Assembly (NCBI GenBank): GCA_038208115.1
Contig: JBBQZC010000002.1
Location: 1 to 53,232 of the forward strand
DNA from: Candidatus Moraniibacteriota bacterium
GTDB lineage: Bacteria; Patescibacteriota; Minisyncoccia; Moranbacterales; GCA-2747515
Length of the DNA: 53,232 nucleotides
Direction of reading: 5' to 3'
Below the pieces are notes generated by a model. That model was not told the origin of the DNA and ran no database searches. It was given only the letters and a program-made list of their open reading frames with translations. Shown one piece after another: positions 27,318-37,800 of this stretch. The position numbers and the translations under genes were made by a program. Position 1 is the stretch's first letter. Each line of letters opens with the position of its first letter.

Positions 27318-30206
27318 TTATTTTTTGAGAGAAATCGTGATCTGCATTCCATCAATGTCACACACTTCTGTGAGATCGCTTTCCTCGAGATTTTCGTTTT
27401 TAATATTTTGTGCCAATACTTCATGCGCGATAAGTTCCTGATGTTTAGCAAACACATCACTACAGCCATAAATGCCAACTGCAATGCGATCATCTACATT
27501 ATAATCTGCTTTTTTGCGCAGTTGTTGGATGTGACGGATAATCTCACGCGCTCGTCCTTCCAATTTTAGTTCAGGAGTAATTTCAGTATCAATCATAACA
27601 TTTTCAGCATTATCTCCAAGCTCCACTCCTCTGACATTCAACTCTTCCATAAGAATATTGCTCCATTCAGTCTTCTCTATCGTTTCGTCAAAAAAACGAT
27701 GATATTTCTGACCAAGAATCACTTTCGTCAAAGGTTGACGAACTTTGATTCCATTTTTGGCACGTGCCTGCAAGCCTAGTGTAACAATTTCACGAAGATC
27801 ACTCATGTTTTGATTCAAATCTTCATCAATTAATTTTTCATCTGCAATTGAAAAATCTGTCAAATGTACAGAATCTCCACCAGTGAGATTCTTATACATT
27901 TCTTCAGCAATAAACGGTGTAAATGGTGCGATCGCCTTGGATAGCTCCACCAGCACATAATGCAGTGTCGCATACGCACATTCTTTATCACCATCATTTT
28001 CACTCTTCCAAAAACGATTACGACTGCGACGAATATACCAGTTTGAGAGGTCATCGATAAATTTCATGATCGGCTTTGATGCATTTGGAAGATCATATTT
28101 TTGCATTTCTGCATCAATATTTTTTATCAATTTGTGTAAACGAGAAACGATCCACTGATCAAGGACATTATCACTTTTTACCAACTTACCATCCTGATTT
28201 GGTTTCCACCCATCGACATTTGCATACATCACAAAAAACGAATAGCTATTCCAAAGAGTCCCAAGCTTTCTCTGCACATCTGCTACATCTTTATCTATAA
28301 GAGCGAAGTCCTCTCCATTAAGAAGTGGCGAACTCACGAGTAAATATCGGAGTGCGTCAGCACTAAACTTTTCCAATAATATCTTTGGATCAGTATAATT
28401 GCCATATGATTTTGACATCTTGCGGCCATCATTACCAGCAATCGTCCCCGTCACAACAACGTTTTTAAATGCCTCCTCACCAAATAGCCCAATTGATACT
28501 GCATGCATATAATAAAACCACGCACGCACTTGCCCCACATACTCCACAATGAAATCTCCAGGAAAATTTGCTTCAAATTTTTCTTTGTTTTCAAACGGAT
28601 AGTGGAATTGTGCAAATGGCATGGAGCCAGACTCAAACCAACAATCCATTACTTTATCAATCCGCTTCATTGTAACACCATCCATCTCAAAAGTGATTGC
28701 ATCCACATACGGCAGATGATAATCTGGGATTTCCTTGCCGGAAAGTTCTTTGAGCTCTGCATAACTACCAACAACTTTTTCGATAACTGCACCATCAGCT
28801 TTCATGCCTCGCCATACAGGGAGTGGTGTCGCCCAAAATCGATCACGACTCAAATTCCAATCCGGCGCCGTATCAATCGTATAGCGAAAACGTTTATGTT
28901 TGATATGTTCAGGAAACCAATTGATGTTTTCATTTTTTGCAAGCATTTCTGTTCTCTGTCCCGCAATATCCATGAACCAACTTGGATGTGCACGATACAT
29001 AAGTTTCGTATCACACCTGTGACAATGTGGGTACTCATGTTGAATATATGCAATCTTGAGTACCACACCTTCTCGCAAAAGTGTCTTCGCGATCTCCTTA
29101 TTGATCTCCCAGACATGTTGTCCTACCCATCGCCCATCCCTATATAAACCATTATCATCTACGGTATTTACTAATGGCAAATTTTCTTTCTTTGCAAGCA
29201 CATAGTCATCTTCACCAAACGCTGGTGCGATGTGCACAATACCTGTACCATCTTCCTCTCCAACAAAATCTGCTCCGAGAATTCGATGTGCAGTTTCACC
29301 CTGATCATCAAAAAGTGGTTTATATCTTTTGCCCACCAAATCAGTGCCACTGATAGTGCTAATTACTTTATAATCCAATGGTTGTTTTTTTTCATCGATC
29401 AATACTTTCTCCACTAGCTTTTCCGCTATAATAAGCGTTTCACCATCGAGAGAAACTTTGGCGTATGTGAGCGTAGGACTGATTGCAAGTGCAGTGTTTG
29501 CTGACAGCGTCCACGGTGTCGTCGTCCATGCGAGCATGTATGTATTTTCTTCGTCCTCAAGCGCAAACTTCACATACACAGATGGATCTGTTACGTCACG
29601 ATAACTATTATCCATAGTCACCTCTGCCTTGGAAATCGGCGTGGCACATCGTGGACAATAGAGAAGTACTTTTTCACCTTCATAGATCTTTCCTTTTTCA
29701 TAGAGCATTTTGAATGCCCACCATACACTTTCCATATACTCCCGATCCATCGTTTTATATGCACCTTTGAAATCCACCCATCGTCCGATGCGCTCAACTG
29801 TGTCCTCCCATTCGGTACTACCTTGCACCATCGCTATATGACATGTCTCGATATATTTCTCGAGACCGACTTTTGCCACGTCACGTTTGTCTTTGATACC
29901 AAGTTTTTTTTCTACCAAATTTTCTGCAGGGAGTCCATGACAATCCCATCCCCAACGACGCTCGACACGTTTCCCTTTCATCGTCCAATATCGTGGCACC
30001 ACATCCTTAATGATCGATGAAAGTAATGTGCCATAATGTGGCACGCCAGTAATAAAAGGGGGTCCATCATAAAACACATATGCATTGTCAGCACTGCGTG
30101 CTTCCACAGATCTTTCAAAGGTCTTATCTTCACGCCAAAACTGCATCACATCATGTTCCATCTCTGCATATTTTTTACCCTGCTCCACGTCATTGAAATT
30201 TTTCAT
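27318..30206 (-). CDS. ileS: Isoleucine--tRNA ligase, type 2
   Basis: FYDGPPF, GWDCHGLP, AWTTTPWTL, DGTGIVHIAP, DWNLSRDRFW, KMSKS, LSNWYIRR; IleRS2-type C-terminus without the Zn finger. Confidence 0.96.
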   Translation of the reverse strand: MKNFNDVEQGKKYAEMEHDVMQFWREDKTFERSVEARSADNAYVFYDGPPFITGVPHYGTLLSSIIKDVVPRYWTMKGKRVERRWGWDCHGLPAENLVEKKLGIKDKRDVAKVGLEKYIETCHIAMVQGSTEWEDTVERIGRWVDFKGAYKTMDREYMESVWWAFKMLYEKGKIYEGEKVLLYCPRCATPISKAEVTMDNSYRDVTDPSVYVKFALEDEENTYMLAWTTTPWTLSANTALAISPTLTYAKVSLDGETLIIAEKLVEKVLIDEKKQPLDYKVISTISGTDLVGKRYKPLFDDQGETAHRILGADFVGEEDGTGIVHIAPAFGEDDYVLAKKENLPLVNTVDDNGLYRDGRWVGQHVWEINKEIAKTLLREGVVLKIAYIQHEYPHCHRCDTKLMYRAHPSWFMDIAGQRTEMLAKNENINWFPEHIKHKRFRYTIDTAPDWNLSRDRFWATPLPVWRGMKADGAVIEKVVGSYAELKELSGKEIPDYHLPYVDAITFEMDGVTMKRIDKVMDCWFESGSMPFAQFHYPFENKEKFEANFPGDFIVEYVGQVRAWFYYMHAVSIGLFGEEAFKNVVVTGTIAGNDGRKMSKSYGNYTDPKILLEKFSADALRYLLVSSPLLNGEDFALIDKDVADVQRKLGTLWNSYSFFVMYANVDGWKPNQDGKLVKSDNVLDQWIVSRLHKLIKNIDAEMQKYDLPNASKPIMKFIDDLSNWYIRRSRNRFWKSENDGDKECAYATLHYVLVELSKAIAPFTPFIAEEMYKNLTGGDSVHLTDFSIADEKLIDEDLNQNMSDLREIVTLGLQARAKNGIKVRQPLTKVILGQKYHRFFDETIEKTEWSNILMEELNVRGVELGDNAENVMIDTEITPELKLEGRAREIIRHIQQLRKKADYNVDDRIAVGIYGCSDVFAKHQELIAHEVLAQNIKNENLEESDLTEVCDIDGMQITISLKK

Positions 30207-30282
30207 ATCTCTGTATACTTATAAATTAATTTACATTACCACGTCATACCATTTATTCTCTAATATAATCATCATACAGCAT

Positions 30283-31386
30283 TTATCCCGCCCAATACCA
30301 ATTTACAAATAAATATGTATTGAGAGCCATGAGCATGCTTGAAATAATGATCCATATATATCGAGAGGTATCATTTTTTATTGACGCCCCCACGATAAAT
30401 ATCGGAAACAATACCAATATATACCTCCCTATGCTCATGAGCGTCCCTGACGCAACCGCCACGCCGATTGTGCTCACCATATAAAATGCATACGGATATT
30501 GCTTTCGATACACGAGATATGTTGCAACCGTTAATCCAAAGACCACATAAATAATATCGAATGACATATTCGCCAAAGCAGCATGTGTCAAAAATATGAA
30601 GTGATCGTGATTTACATGAAATGATCTACCCCATGCACTTTCAATCTCAAAAAACAATAATGGATCCCCAAAACGTATCCAGTGAAATAAAAAGAATAAT
30701 CCAGTCCCAATAGGGATGAGTAGCAGTGCCGTCGATTTCTTATATACATCTTTAGCAAAACCTTCATTGATGAAAAATTGCATCACAAGCGGGACAAAGA
30801 GCAATAAACCCGTGACACGCGTCAATGCAGCTAGTAGACCAATTATGCCCGCATAAAAATATTTCCGATCCAAGCAAAAATAAAAAGCAAGCAAAGAAAG
30901 AAAGAGGAAAAGCGATTCCGTGTAAACTGCATTCAAAAAGAATGCCGTAGGAAAAATAAGTAACAGAAAAACAGTTAAAAATGGATTTGCCTCTTTGTGA
31001 AATTTTTCCACTAAATGAAACAATATTATGCACGCTAAAATTAAAAATATACTACTAACAATCCAGCCAGCCAAGATCAAATTTCCCCCAATCATAATTG
31101 CGATCATTTTTATAAGAAATGGGTAGAGAGGAAAAAATACAATATTTGACAGCGAAGCAACTTCCCGTAATTCATATCCGTTTTTGACAATGTCCATATA
31201 CCAATTAGAATCCCAACGTGCATGCATATTTATCACGTTCCATGATTGATCTTGTGTGTATTTTTCTACAGGAATCCACGAATACGCGTCATCCGGACTA
31301 AGATTTAATCGATTCAGTGCCAAAAGCCCAATGATATTTACTATCACTAACCATCCACCCACTAAGATTAAAACTTTTTTAAACAT
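30283..31386 (-). CDS. GT-C fold membrane glycosyltransferase (PIG-V/mannosyltransferase-like)
   Basis: ARWDSNWYMDIVKNGY, FFPLYP, YTESLFL, LTRVTG, GRYILVLFP; multi-TM. Confidence 0.85.
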   Translation of the reverse strand: MFKKVLILVGGWLVIVNIIGLLALNRLNLSPDDAYSWIPVEKYTQDQSWNVINMHARWDSNWYMDIVKNGYELREVASLSNIVFFPLYPFLIKMIAIMIGGNLILAGWIVSSIFLILACIILFHLVEKFHKEANPFLTVFLLLIFPTAFFLNAVYTESLFLFLSLLAFYFCLDRKYFYAGIIGLLAALTRVTGLLLFVPLVMQFFINEGFAKDVYKKSTALLLIPIGTGLFFLFHWIRFGDPLLFFEIESAWGRSFHVNHDHFIFLTHAALANMSFDIIYVVFGLTVATYLVYRKQYPYAFYMVSTIGVAVASGTLMSIGRYILVLFPIFIVGASIKNDTSRYIWIIISSMLMALNTYLFVNWYWAG

Positions 31387-31393
31387 ATATAAT

Positions 31394-31640
31394 AAAAAAC
31401 CTTACGCAAAATAATGCATAAGGACGATTCGCACCGTGGTACCACCTTAATTTAGCAATCAGTAAGACGTATTTAGTAACATTTCATCATCTGTTACTAG
31501 CTGATCATTACTAACCGCTCTTTATTGCAGCTTTTACGGGCTTACCCGATGGAATTTACTAAATCCGAATACCAGATCTTTCTATCCATATCCTACCGCT
31601 TATGAGGCAGCTCCGATGGTGATAACCATCGTCAAAGGAT
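31394..31640 (-). promoter_or_regulatory. T-box riboswitch, Ile (AUC specifier), with intrinsic terminator
   Basis: T-box sequence AAUUAAGGUGGUACCACGG...UCGUCCUU (31452-31420); terminator CCUUAUGCA/UGCGUAAGG plus U6 (31423-31394); short hairpin CGAUGGU-UAUC-ACCAUCG with AUC at 31623-31621; upstream of ileS. Confidence 0.85.
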
Positions 31641-31887
31641 TTTGATATTTGTATGTTCAGATTACATCACAAATCACTTTTTTGCAATGTGCAAATCATA
31701 TCCTCATGATTTCATTTTGCTAGCGTCACGTAGATGCAAAATATTAAAAAATGAAGCAAAAAATCTCTCAAACAATTTGCATCCATTATCAGCATTGGAA
31801 TTGGTATCTTCAAAGAGCAAAACTTCTGTTCACTCGACAGAATTTTTATCTCCTTCTTCCGATTTTTTCACATAATTATTTATAAGC

Positions 31888-31917
31888 TTGACAAAGATAA
31901 CCTTTATCATCTACCAT
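31888..31917 (+). promoter_or_regulatory. Putative promoter
   Basis: TTGACA-N18-TACCAT upstream of 31966..32439. Confidence 0.4.
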
Positions 31918-31965
31918 AAATGTTGAGGAAAAATTACCAGTTCAACTACACAGGAGAAAGGGGAA

Positions 31966-32439
31966 ATGAAAAACAAAAAAGCGTTATGCGTCGGCCTGTA
32001 TGACAATGAGTATAGTTTAATATTAAAACTTTTACTCATAAAAAAAGGTATTTTCACATCTGTACTAAGCGTTGGCATAGATCGCCATGCGCACAATGAA
32101 TTAGATTCATCTCAAGCAGTAAAAAACATCGCTTTAGATTTGGGGTTTGTGCTCGTTCAGCACACTCCAGCCCACCACAATACTATCAAAGAAGCCAAAA
32201 AAAATGGTCACATAGTATTTCATCATCAACCTACGTACATCTCTGAAGTTGCAGACATCATTGATACGTTTGATGCGATCTTTACACCCTATCGATCAGT
32301 TCATGATCAACTGATCGAAAAATATGGTGCAGATCCCACAAAAATATCGATCATCTGTTCACCTGCTGGCATTAAGACTGGAACCAGTCTGACAGTAACC
32401 TATCCTCAAATACACATGGAGGTACAGCAAAACGTGTGA
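31966..32439 (+). CDS. Hypothetical protein
   Basis: Strong SD (AGGAGAAAGGGG), own promoter and terminator; no recognised family. Confidence 0.65.
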   Translation: MKNKKALCVGLYDNEYSLILKLLLIKKGIFTSVLSVGIDRHAHNELDSSQAVKNIALDLGFVLVQHTPAHHNTIKEAKKNGHIVFHHQPTYISEVADIIDTFDAIFTPYRSVHDQLIEKYGADPTKISIICSPAGIKTGTSLTVTYPQIHMEVQQNV

Positions 32440-32459
32440 GAAAACTCTCACTCAAAATC

Positions 32460-32494
32460 GGCGAAATGCGCTTTAGCGTTTCGCCTTTTTATTT
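32460..32494 (+). terminator. Intrinsic terminator
   Basis: GGCGAAATGC-N6-GCGTTTCGCC followed by TTTTTATTT. Confidence 0.75.
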
Positions 32495-32743
32495 TAACAC
32501 TTTATGTACACCGCTTCTCGATCTCTTAAAAAATATGCCCAACGGCATCCGATGGTTCGAACTCAATTCTCTCCTCACTAATCCAAATTACATAATTGTT
32601 CTTTATTTTTATTCATTTCTGTCTGCAATTTCATCTATATATCTACAAAAATACCGTTCATCACAAATATATCATCGATTTGTAAATTTTTTTAAACTTA
32701 TCATAGACGTTTACATACAAAAAATGATATACTTTTTTAAGAC

Positions 32744-33247
32744 ATGGAAAATCATCAAGAAAAAAATCAGAAAAAAAACACATCCAAACTTGAAAACTTG
32801 GCTTTTAGAGCGACACACCATATCGGATCCATCACATCACTCATCATCCATTCAATTCTTTTTGTGGGAATTTTTGCATTACAGTGGATCAACTTTTCAT
32901 TTGACCAGATCTTACTCATCCTCACAACAGTCGTGTCACTCGAAGCGATTTATCTCGCCATATTTATCCAAATGACAGTCAATCGTCATGCGAGTGAGTT
33001 AGCCGAAATCAGTGAGGATGTGGAAGATATTAGCGAAGATGTGGAAGAAATCTCCAAAGACATCGATAATATCCAGGAAGACATGGAGGATATCAGTGAG
33101 GATGTGGAAGAGATCGGCGAAGGGATGGAAAGAGATGATGAAAAACTAACTGAAAATCACAATACAAATCACGAACGTATCATACATATTGAGAGCGTAC
33201 TCACAAATCTCCTCGCAGAAGTTCGCGAACTCAAAGATAAAAAATGA
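32744..33247 (+). CDS. DUF1003-like two-TM protein with acidic coiled-coil tail
   Basis: GSITSLIIHSILF, LLILTTVVSLEAIYLAIFIQMTVNR, then ISEDVED heptads. Confidence 0.75.
   Translation: MENHQEKNQKKNTSKLENLAFRATHHIGSITSLIIHSILFVGIFALQWINFSFDQILLILTTVVSLEAIYLAIFIQMTVNRHASELAEISEDVEDISEDVEEISKDIDNIQEDMEDISEDVEEIGEGMERDDEKLTENHNTNHERIIHIESVLTNLLAEVRELKDKK
33008..33133 (+). repeat. Six degenerate 21-nt tandem repeats encoding acidic heptads
   Basis: ATCAGTGAGGATGTGGAAGA occurs twice exactly; units encode ISEDVED/ISEDVEE/ISKDIDN/IQEDMED/ISEDVEE/IGEGMER. Confidence 0.8.
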
Positions 33248-33264
33248 TTTTCAAACACATTATA

Positions 33265-33543
33265 TTATATGTTCTTTTTCTTCCTTGTCCACACTTTTTC
33301 GATATAGATCTTGCGCCACCACACACGCCCGACAAAAAAACCAATCAAAGACCCGAGAAATAACACGTCCTCTTGCGTCGACAAGCCCATGAATGTTTCA
33401 GTACTCATATAGCCGGACTTAATCTGACTAAACTCCACAAGAGCGTAAACAACAAAGCTCACAAGAAATCCCAAAAGGGTTGATGCACACAGATAGACAA
33501 TTCTCTTGAAATTATTTGCGTCCCCCACTTCACCAAATAACAT
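33265..33543 (-). CDS. Small two-TM hypothetical protein
   Basis: Two hydrophobic helices, C-terminal GRVWWRKIYIE. Confidence 0.7.
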   Translation of the reverse strand: MLFGEVGDANNFKRIVYLCASTLLGFLVSFVVYALVEFSQIKSGYMSTETFMGLSTQEDVLFLGSLIGFFVGRVWWRKIYIEKVWTRKKKNI

Positions 33544-33562
33544 AGTTTTAATAAATTTATAA

Positions 33563-33823
33563 TTAATCCTTTATTTTTCCGATCAACTGTAATTTCGCTA
33601 ATCGTGATAGTTTTTTGATACGCAGCTCTTCCTTAGTAGCAGAAGAACGATCTTTGCATTCTTGCGCGTAGACCAATTTTACTGGTCTACGTGCAGAAGT
33701 GTACTTCGCACCTAATTTATCACCATTATGCTCTGCAACTCTGCGCGCTACATCAGTTGCTATACCAGTATACAGAGTTTTGTCAGCACATTCAAGGATA
33801 TAGAGATAATACATATCACACAT
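33563..33823 (-). CDS. GIY-YIG nuclease family protein (YhbQ/UPF0213-like)
   Basis: YLYILECADKTLYTGIATDVARRVAEHN, GAKYT, RPVKLVY, ELRIKKLSR. Confidence 0.92.
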   Translation of the reverse strand: MCDMYYLYILECADKTLYTGIATDVARRVAEHNGDKLGAKYTSARRPVKLVYAQECKDRSSATKEELRIKKLSRLAKLQLIGKIKD

Positions 33824-33828
33824 TCATC

Positions 33829-34308
33829 TTAATTTTTATCTCTTGCAGATCTCATCCTAGGAATCAACTTTGGTACACGATCTTTGTATATTAGATATTC
33901 ATTCCCAAATTTTTCAATCAGCGATCTTTCCTCTCTCTCCATCCAATATAATAAAACAAACATCAGCCAATGTGCACCAATCAAAAATCGCACATCAGGA
34001 TAAAAGAAAAAAATTGACCAACATAGCGCAATATCAGCTGAATAGATCGGGTGGCGCACTTTGTCATAAACACCGCTGGTTACGAGATGATCAATTTTAT
34101 CCACAGAATATGGCGCTCTGCGATGAACAATTATCGCACCAATAAAAAAATACATCCAATACAAAATCGCTGGAATAATGAGAAATGACGCATATATATT
34201 ACGTGGAAATATAAACCGTGGCGATACAAAATAAAACACAATTAGAAGTCCACTAACCACGATGAGCCACATCAACACAGGGCTCACCAATTTTTGTTTC
34301 ATATTCAT
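33829..34308 (-). CDS. Isoprenylcysteine carboxyl methyltransferase (ICMT/PEMT) family protein
   Basis: LVTSGVYDKVRHPIY, EERSLIEKFGNEYLIYKDRVPKLIP. Confidence 0.88.
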   Translation of the reverse strand: MNMKQKLVSPVLMWLIVVSGLLIVFYFVSPRFIFPRNIYASFLIIPAILYWMYFFIGAIIVHRRAPYSVDKIDHLVTSGVYDKVRHPIYSADIALCWSIFFFYPDVRFLIGAHWLMFVLLYWMEREERSLIEKFGNEYLIYKDRVPKLIPRMRSARDKN

Positions 34309-34423
34309 ATTGATTTCTTTTGCTATAATATTATTTCATCTATTAAGTATAGCAGAAATCACTTATACGTAATTCATACCTCAGAGCGTCAATTTTAACG
34401 ATGAATCTTTAAATCCCTGTTCA

Positions 34424-34843
34424 CTATTTTTTGTGAGACACCCTCTCCTTTATTGTAAAAATCCCAAACATTAGAATACTGACGATGACAAAAAATATTC
34501 CCATCCAGATAGAAACAGATTCTTTGGTTGTTGGTCCAATGTCAAAATAGTAATGAGATGTAACTGGCGAAATTATCACCCAGATTATATCAGTAAAAAA
34601 CCACACTACTGCAAAAACTAACCATTTTTTGAATGTTTTATCTGAGATGAAAAATGTAAGTATTGAAACGATAAAGATACTCAGTGATGTAATTAATAAC
34701 GGTTCAAAAATCATCTTAGAATAATGACTAAGCATGCAATAACTTCGTGTTTCACTGGAACAAATTGTTCCATTTACAATTAATATAAGCAATATTAAGC
34801 TACAACCAAAAAATATACTTTTTTTCTTACCTACTTTATTCAT
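34424..34843 (-). CDS. Four-TM hypothetical membrane protein
   Basis: Hydrophobic 139-aa ORF starting 5 nt after the lipase stop. Confidence 0.7.
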   Translation of the reverse strand: MNKVGKKKSIFFGCSLILLILIVNGTICSSETRSYCMLSHYSKMIFEPLLITSLSIFIVSILTFFISDKTFKKWLVFAVVWFFTDIIWVIISPVTSHYYFDIGPTTKESVSIWMGIFFVIVSILMFGIFTIKERVSHKK

Positions 34844-34848
34844 AAATT

Positions 34849-37800
34849 TTATTTTAATCTAATTATTTTTTCTATCAATTTTTCTTTAGTCAACAGACCA
34901 TAAAATCCTGTTTGTGGTAAACCGCGTTCTTTCTGAAACTGTGTAATTGCATTTTGTGTTAGCGCATCATTTTGTCCATTTATTTTTTCTGCATCAATAT
35001 ATTCCAATTGATTAAGTGCTTTTTGGACAATCAAACAGCCTTCAACTGTATTTATATCTGCGCCCTGAATTTCTTCTGGCGTCACATACCAAACGATGTC
35101 CAAAACATCGATCTTTTTAATTGCCTTGCTCCGTTCCGTATCAGGATTAATCACACTGATAGTGCGTAACGTGTCAGTTTTAATTTTAAGCAAATCTTTC
35201 ATACAAAATGTTGCTGTAATTTTTCTGTGTGACTCTCTTTCTAAATCTTTAGCTGTTCTGCCTCCTATTTTTATTATAGCATCTTTATCAAAGTGTTTTC
35301 CAGTGAGTATAAGTTTGAGTTTTGTAGGGCAGCTCTGACTCTTTGTCATGTATTGATATGCTTTCCATGAATCGATTGATGCTTTCACTGATTTTTCTGC
35401 ACCTACTGATACTTTTTTTTCTGGATCAGCATCAGTATTAACATCAGAATTATCATCAAAATCTAACGTACGATCATCCTCATCGTCAAATGTTGCACTG
35501 CCATTTATCTGTGGGGTAATCGTATAGTCCACTGTACCATCTCCATCGTAATCTGCTGTGAGTGCAGTCATATCTTTGATGCCATCTGCTGGCACAGTGA
35601 AGTTCACTGTCGTATCAGCACTGACAGGGAGACTTTCAAAAGTTGTATTATCACCATCACGTTCACCATTTTCTGTTACATATACTTCCTGGATATTAAA
35701 AGTATACGATCCACTATCATATCCATCGAGCTCTACGCGCACATCATCATCCGTTCCCCATCCGACAAATTTATGCTCACCAAAAACTTCATAATAGCTA
35801 TTAGGGATATTTTCTTCAATCATTACAACCTCTTCTCCATCAACTATCATTGTAGTAGGGCCTGTATGATTACCATGCTCATCATAAAGATGGATGTCTA
35901 ATGGTGAATAGAGAGACATTCGAATACGTGGATTTTCCATTTCTTCATGCTCTTGTGGTCGATATGAAGAAAAATATTGTAGCAAGTTTTCTGGGACAGT
36001 ATGTTTTTCAATAAGATATGAAATTAATATTCTAAGATTTTGCATCTCTAAAATATCTCCATGTTTTCTATCTATTGTAAAACCTAAATTTGATTTATTA
36101 TACCTAAACAAATCCAACCAATACTTCTCAACATTTTCAGCGGTCGGAATCATAAGAGAGCTTGGAGTCACTACGACATCATCTCCATCCACTGTGTATT
36201 TTGGTTCATAAACTGCAGCTGGTTCTTCTTTGCAATCTGCACGCACAATACCAAATTCTGTCACGTTATCTTTGCACACACTTTTATTTATTTCTGTATA
36301 CTTCACACCACTCATTGTATCCAACCCCCATCCACCAATTTGAATAAGTTTTATATTTTCTGGCGGTATCCATGTGTCAATATTATCATGAATCTCTTCT
36401 GCTTTATTTAATATTTTTTCATTAAGGACATTTGCACCTACGAGATTATCACGATCTGGTTTTGGTCGCATGTCTTTTTTTCCGAGAACAAATTTTTTGA
36501 ATTCATCGTAATTATCGATGTGATCACCGTATGCGTCTTTATAGCGTTTATAAATCGTATTTGTAGCGTCAAAATTAATAATCGGCTCTTCTGCACGATC
36601 AAAATATTCCTTTGACGGCAAAAGTCCATACGCACCTGGCATATTTTCACCCATCTCTCGCGCATCGGCATCATCCACAAATCGAGAAAAAAACGGTAAC
36701 GCTTCATCATATCCATGTAAAAGAGATGTAATTGCTTTTGGTGTTCCCATTTGTGGCGCACTCACAAAGATTACATTGTCGATCAAATATGACTCCTCTT
36801 TTTTGTCCAATTCTTGTACCAACGCCTTTCCCAATAATCCACCATTTGAGTGTGCAACGATTGTCACTTGCCCACTGACAGATGTACTTGCGAGTCGCTC
36901 AATCTCCGCTACCGCACTTCTCACTTCATTATCTGGATACAACGTACCGTTTTGTGCAATGTCTGCAACATCTTTACGCCAGTCATATGCATAAAGAGAA
37001 AAATCAGTAATAATATGTCCATTTTTCAGACTTTCCAAATCTTCTACAAATTCATCATAAATACCAGAAATAGCATATGCATTTTCGATCACATCCTTCG
37101 TATAAATATTATTCATACTTTTACCATCTTCATCCATAAGCAACTTCGTAGCGTCTTCATCGTTATCAGGGAGCCACAATTTATTTTCATTATCCGCATC
37201 ATATAACCGACTCGCTTTTATGCCTGGAAGGAACAGAACATTTGAGGCCATATCGGGTGCCTGACGCCACCCATCCAATGTGAGATTGCCATAGACACGC
37301 TCTCCTTGTGCATATAAATCATTTTCTCTTTTTGGTCCTGTATTATGACCATACCAATTGTTTTTTAACTCAACTCTATTGTCGTCAAAAAATGACTCCT
37401 GATAATCTACACTGATTGTGCACTCATGCGAACAATTTTCACTGCGCGTCATCCATGGTAAGTCTGGATCATTATTTATGCACTCACTATAACAATCCTC
37501 AAAAAATTCATTATATAGTTCATTTTTTTTAACGCGAGATCTTACCGCTACATTATTTTTGTTGTTTTGAAAATTTGAGTTGATAATATGCAAAACATTT
37601 TTTTCACCAGTGTTTTCATCAATTTCCATATCCACAACAACATCCGCGAATTCGTTATTTTCAAATGTACAATTTGACATGCGCACATTTCCTAGATGGA
37701 AATAAATCGCTGGTGATGCTTTGAGTGGATACTCTCCATATGGATCGTAATATTCTGCTGGCTGTTCTGCATATGCAGAATTAATGAATGACGGAATTTG

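Noticed and set aside
31642-31875. 77-aa plus-strand ORF and an interrupted minus-strand frame upstream of the T-box
   Set aside because: No recognisable similarity or start signals; probably promoter region or an unidentifiable remnant.
32436-32975. 179-aa plus-strand ORF
   Set aside because: It runs through a terminator hairpin and AT-rich intergenic DNA and overlaps the DUF1003-like gene out of frame.
33008-33133. Repeats resembling a CRISPR array
   Set aside because: They are in-frame 21-nt coding repeats with no spacers, and there are no cas genes.
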